Both the position numbers and the translations under genes were made by a program. A stretch of 64,000 nucleotides of DNA, taken from positions 65,466 to 129,465 of the forward strand of contig OZ220490.1 in the NCBI GenBank assembly GCA_965116175.1. The letters run 5' to 3'. Source of the stretch: Bdellovibrionales bacterium. Its GTDB lineage: Bacteria > Bdellovibrionota > Bdellovibrionia > Bdellovibrionales > UBA1609. This document shows, piece by piece, positions 61,279 through 64,000 of this stretch; the stretch's first letter is position 1; each line of letters opens with the position of its first letter. The notes under the pieces are model-generated. The model ran no database searches, had not been told where the DNA came from, and worked only from the letters and a program-made list of their open reading frames with translations.

Positions 61279-62504
61279 GGTTTTATTCTGTTTATAATTT
61301 TTGCCTGGATAAAAATAAACTGAGTCATTTCATATTTGTTTCTCCCAGATAAAAAAGAGCTTGGAAGGGATAAAAGAAAACTCAGCTGTCCTTTGTTTTG
61401 CATCCCTTTAGATTTTTTCTGAAGTTGAAAAAGTTTTAAAATCTGTTTGTCTTTTAAGATGACTGTATTTTCCAAACTTTGTGTTTTTAAGGGAGGGGGC
61501 TTATCCATAGAGGAAAAGGCCAAAGGTTCAGAGAAGTTAGCCTTTACCTCCAACTCTACTTGATTTTTTTGATCCAATTTTGGAATCATATTTAATTGAA
61601 GTCCATAGGATTTCCATTGTACAGTCTTTTGCTCCATTTTGATGTTATAACTGTTAAAGGGGATTTGTCCCCCGGATTGAATTTGCAGTTTTTGTCCACT
61701 TTGGCCTGTAATGGAGGAATGATGTAAAGTTTTACCCTGTCCTGAATTTTTTAAAAAATTTAAAAAAACCAGAAGGGAGGAAAAGGAATTGAGAGGATTA
61801 TTTAAGTCAGGGGCTCCTCCAAAAGAGAATCCAGAGGATGATAAGCTTTCCACCAAGGCTATTTCTATTTCAATAAAGGGTTTCTGGAAAAACCATAAAG
61901 GATTTTTTTTTGGAACCAACCCATAGGGCTGTAGGAGTTTTTTATATTCTGTTAAATTTGTCCCTTGGGGGAGATCTACAAAGGGCAGGTTATGCCATGC
62001 CACTTCAGGAGAGACCTTGTTTTTAAAAAGGATTTTAAAATAGTGTGTGATTTTGGTTTTGAGATTTTCTCCCGGCAGAGCTTTAAATTCATATAGGATG
62101 TTGAGTTTTTGAGCTGTTTCAGCCAGTCTTACCCAATCATAAAGACGATTTAAAATTCCAGTGATTTGAAAAATATTTTGATCAGAGAGAGACCAATCAA
62201 GCCCCCAAAAGCTTTTTAAAAGCTTGTCTAATGTTAAGGCCTGAAACTTTTTTTTCTTGTTGAGAATGAAAATTTCATACCGTTTTTTGCCGGCTATAAG
62301 GAGGGTTTTTCCTTCTTTTTTGGCCATCAGAGAAAGGCTGCCCTGTTCCTGTTGAAAGGTAATAAGACTTTTATCTCCAACTCTCACTTGTTGGTTGTAT
62401 GGAAGAGGTATAAAAGACTTTTCAGCAGGGGACAAAATCAGTCTCTCACAGTAACCGGATGAAATATAGAGCATGAGGCTTATCAGATATACAAAACTCA
62501 TCAC
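61275..62504 (-). CDS. Divergent secretin (CpaC/RcpA-like) outer-membrane channel protein
   Basis: It has a signal peptide. The C-terminal pattern TVILKDKQILKLF...GQLSFLLSLPSSFLSG....TQFIFIQAKII resembles the secretin C-terminal domain (vP.L..iP.lG.LF....eLli.itP.ii). It is coupled to the CpaF-like ATPase. Confidence 0.5.
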   Translation of the reverse strand: MMSFVYLISLMLYISSGYCERLILSPAEKSFIPLPYNQQVRVGDKSLITFQQEQGSLSLMAKKEGKTLLIAGKKRYEIFILNKKKKFQALTLDKLLKSFWGLDWSLSDQNIFQITGILNRLYDWVRLAETAQKLNILYEFKALPGENLKTKITHYFKILFKNKVSPEVAWHNLPFVDLPQGTNLTEYKKLLQPYGLVPKKNPLWFFQKPFIEIEIALVESLSSSGFSFGGAPDLNNPLNSFSSLLVFLNFLKNSGQGKTLHHSSITGQSGQKLQIQSGGQIPFNSYNIKMEQKTVQWKSYGLQLNMIPKLDQKNQVELEVKANFSEPLAFSSMDKPPPLKTQSLENTVILKDKQILKLFQLQKKSKGMQNKGQLSFLLSLPSSFLSGRNKYEMTQFIFIQAKIINRIKP

Positions 62505-62755
62505 TGTACTCTATAGCAAAAAAGATTCTCAAATTCCTGGATTATGGAAAATTATTTACTCTTCTGTTGAATGTTTATTCCATTTCCACTTTTATAAGGC
62601 TTAAGACCTGAAAAACTTTATTTTAGGCTTTGATTTTTAGGTTTTTTTTAAGCTTTTGCCTTAATTTTGCCGATTTATAATATGTATTATAGTATTCTTA
62701 GAAAAGCTTGAATCTTTGAGGCAGGCTGTTTCAAAAACGGGACTGTAAAAGTTAT

Positions 62756-64000
62756 ATGTTTAGATTGATATTCCTTTTTGCCAAATCTTTTTTACTCAGT
62801 TTGCTCTTATGTTTCCCGGCACTTGGTTTTGCCTATAATCCTACTTGTTACTCGCCGGTTCAAATGTCAGCTTTCATGTCCAGGCCAAAACCGCAGGGGA
62901 CAAACTCAGGACAGTTGAGAACACAAATTCGGGTTTTTGGGAAGCAAATCAGGGCGCAGGAAGATGATTTTGATGAAGCGGCAGATCGTTTGAGTCGATC
63001 TCTTAGTGAAGAGCGGTTGCAAGCTGATCCTGATGATGTAGCCAATGAGATTGCTGATTATATGAAAGATAAACAGGATGGCTGGGGATGTGATTCTTCA
63101 GGACAAACTTTTCTTTTTCCATCCCCCTATTTTGAATTTTTAGGATATATTTTAATCCCTCAGGCTCAGGCAGAGGAAAAGCCAGTTGAGAATATATTCA
63201 GAGATATTGTTGGAGATAACCCCAATCCTTCTTCAAATCCATTAGCTGTAGTATGTATAAACTCTGGAGGGCAATGGGAAGATGGAGAATGTGTATGTCA
63301 GCATGGAATAGATGCCTCTGGTCGTTGTAAGCCTGCCCCTCCTGCTCCTGTTGTTGCCCCTGCTCCTGCCCCTGTTGTTGCCCCTGAGCCTGTTGCTGCC
63401 CCTGGTCCTGCCTCTGAACTTGTTCCTCCTACTTCTCCCACTTCCCCTAGTCCTGCCCCTGAGCCTCTTCCTCCTACTTCTCCCACTTCCTCTAGTCCTG
63501 CCCCTGCCCCTAAGCCTGTTGCTGCCCCTGGTCCTGCCTCTGAACTTGTTTCTCCTACTTCTCCCACTTCCCCTAGTCCTGCTCCTGCCCCTAAGCCTGT
63601 TGCTGCCCCTACTCCTCCTGTCCCTCCTGCTCCCCCCCCTGTGGGAAGTCGTGGGTTTATACAAGCCTCAAAGTGTGAAGAACAGGGGTTGAAATTGTAT
63701 GCGGGGAAATGTGTTTCCGAAGAGGAATATAACTGTAGAGTAGAATCCAAGGGAAGGTGGCTAGGGCCTGCTCGTGGATGTAAGCCTGTTGCTGCCCCTG
63801 CTCCTAAGCCTGTTGCTGCCCCTGCTCCTAAGCCTGCCCCTGTCCCTGAAACGCGGGAGCAGAAATGTCGTGACAGTGGAGGGCGGTTTGAAAATAATCA
63901 ATGCCGCTGTCCAGAAGGAAAGCTAGAAAAAAATGGAAAATGTGAATGCCCCGATTGGAAAAAACATGAGTCCTTCAGGAATAATGGCGTAGTTAAGTCT
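62756..64000 (+). CDS. Secreted protein with small Cys-rich modules separated by Pro/Ala-rich repeats (3' end outside the window); absent from the ORF track because no stop is reached
   Basis: I translated this frame by hand from ATG 62756 to base 64000 and found no stop. The signal peptide is MFRLIFLFAKSFLLSLLLCFPALGFA. Cys modules include VCINSGGQWEDGECVCQHGIDASGRCKP and KCRDSGGRFENNQCRCPEGKLEKNGKCECP. Linkers are of the type PAPKPVAAPGPASELV.PPTSPTSPSPAP. Confidence 0.75.
   Translation, partial: MFRLIFLFAKSFLLSLLLCFPALGFAYNPTCYSPVQMSAFMSRPKPQGTNSGQLRTQIRVFGKQIRAQEDDFDEAADRLSRSLSEERLQADPDDVANEIADYMKDKQDGWGCDSSGQTFLFPSPYFEFLGYILIPQAQAEEKPVENIFRDIVGDNPNPSSNPLAVVCINSGGQWEDGECVCQHGIDASGRCKPAPPAPVVAPAPAPVVAPEPVAAPGPASELVPPTSPTSPSPAPEPLPPTSPTSSSPAPAPKPVAAPGPASELVSPTSPTSPSPAPAPKPVAAPTPPVPPAPPPVGSRGFIQASKCEEQGLKLYAGKCVSEEEYNCRVESKGRWLGPARGCKPVAAPAPKPVAAPAPKPAPVPETREQKCRDSGGRFENNQCRCPEGKLEKNGKCECPDWKKHESFRNNGVVKS
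63330..63845 (+). repeat. Imperfect coding tandem repeats (~120-bp unit x2 plus 24-bp aagcctgttgctgcccctgctcct x2), GC-rich relative to surroundings
   Basis: cctgttgctgcccctggtcctgcctctgaacttgtt.ctcctacttctcccacttcccctagtcctgc recurs at about 63388 and 63508. The 24-bp units lie at about 63782-63829. Confidence 0.75.

Noticed and set aside
63242-63750. Three overlapping track ORFs in the repeat region: 63242..63664 (-, R/G/S-rich), 63298..63750 (-, G/A-rich) and 63312..63692 (+, Leu/Pro-rich).
   Set aside because: All are alternative-frame or antisense readings of the GC-rich Pro/Ala-coding repeats of the real + strand gene (62756..>64000). That gene has a signal peptide and Cys modules on both sides of the repeats. 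Low-complexity, stop-poor sequence generates such shadow ORFs.

Overview
AT-rich (about one-third GC by eye) bacterial chromosomal window with a Gram-negative-type envelope (secretin, lipobox proteins, LysM/TPR/Sel1 proteins). The taxon cannot be assigned from sequence alone; Bdellovibrionota/Oligoflexia-like is only a guess. The backbone consists of housekeeping blocks: map-ahcY, a birA-like gene, def-fmt, rpe, a Fur-family regulator, HMG-CoA lyase with a split biotin carboxylase/BCCP, murA-prmC-prfA-rho, smc-ppdK and glyQS. There are four kinds of accessory content. (1) An ~8.9 kb island lies between tRNA-Asn(GTT) at 21.04 kb and tRNA-Ser(TGA) at 29.9 kb. It holds a tightly coupled five-gene cassette (tandem-beta-grasp ubiquitin-like protein, E2-like protein without the expected catalytic Cys, JAB/JAMM-E1 fusion, ABC-type ATPase, PIN-like protein), a frameshifted tyrosine integrase remnant, a cold-shock-domain gene and an MmeI-family type IIL restriction-modification enzyme. 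The five-gene cassette is the best candidate for an undescribed (defence) system. (2) An IS-scarred region at 29.8-32.8 kb carries a segmental duplication and a 151-bp tandem duplication around a secreted Cys-rich repeat protein. (3) A second IS-rich patch at 51-57.6 kb has one intact IS1595-family element, several decayed IS fragments, an Rpn-family nuclease gene and a (GAGCA)10 repeat at the 5' end of a small Cys-rich ORF. (4) Two paralogous secreted proteins share an N-terminal domain with a caspase-like His/Cys arrangement. There is also a minimal secretin+CpaF-like ATPase pair, and a palindromic intergenic element present in two copies. No rRNA genes and no CRISPR arrays were seen.
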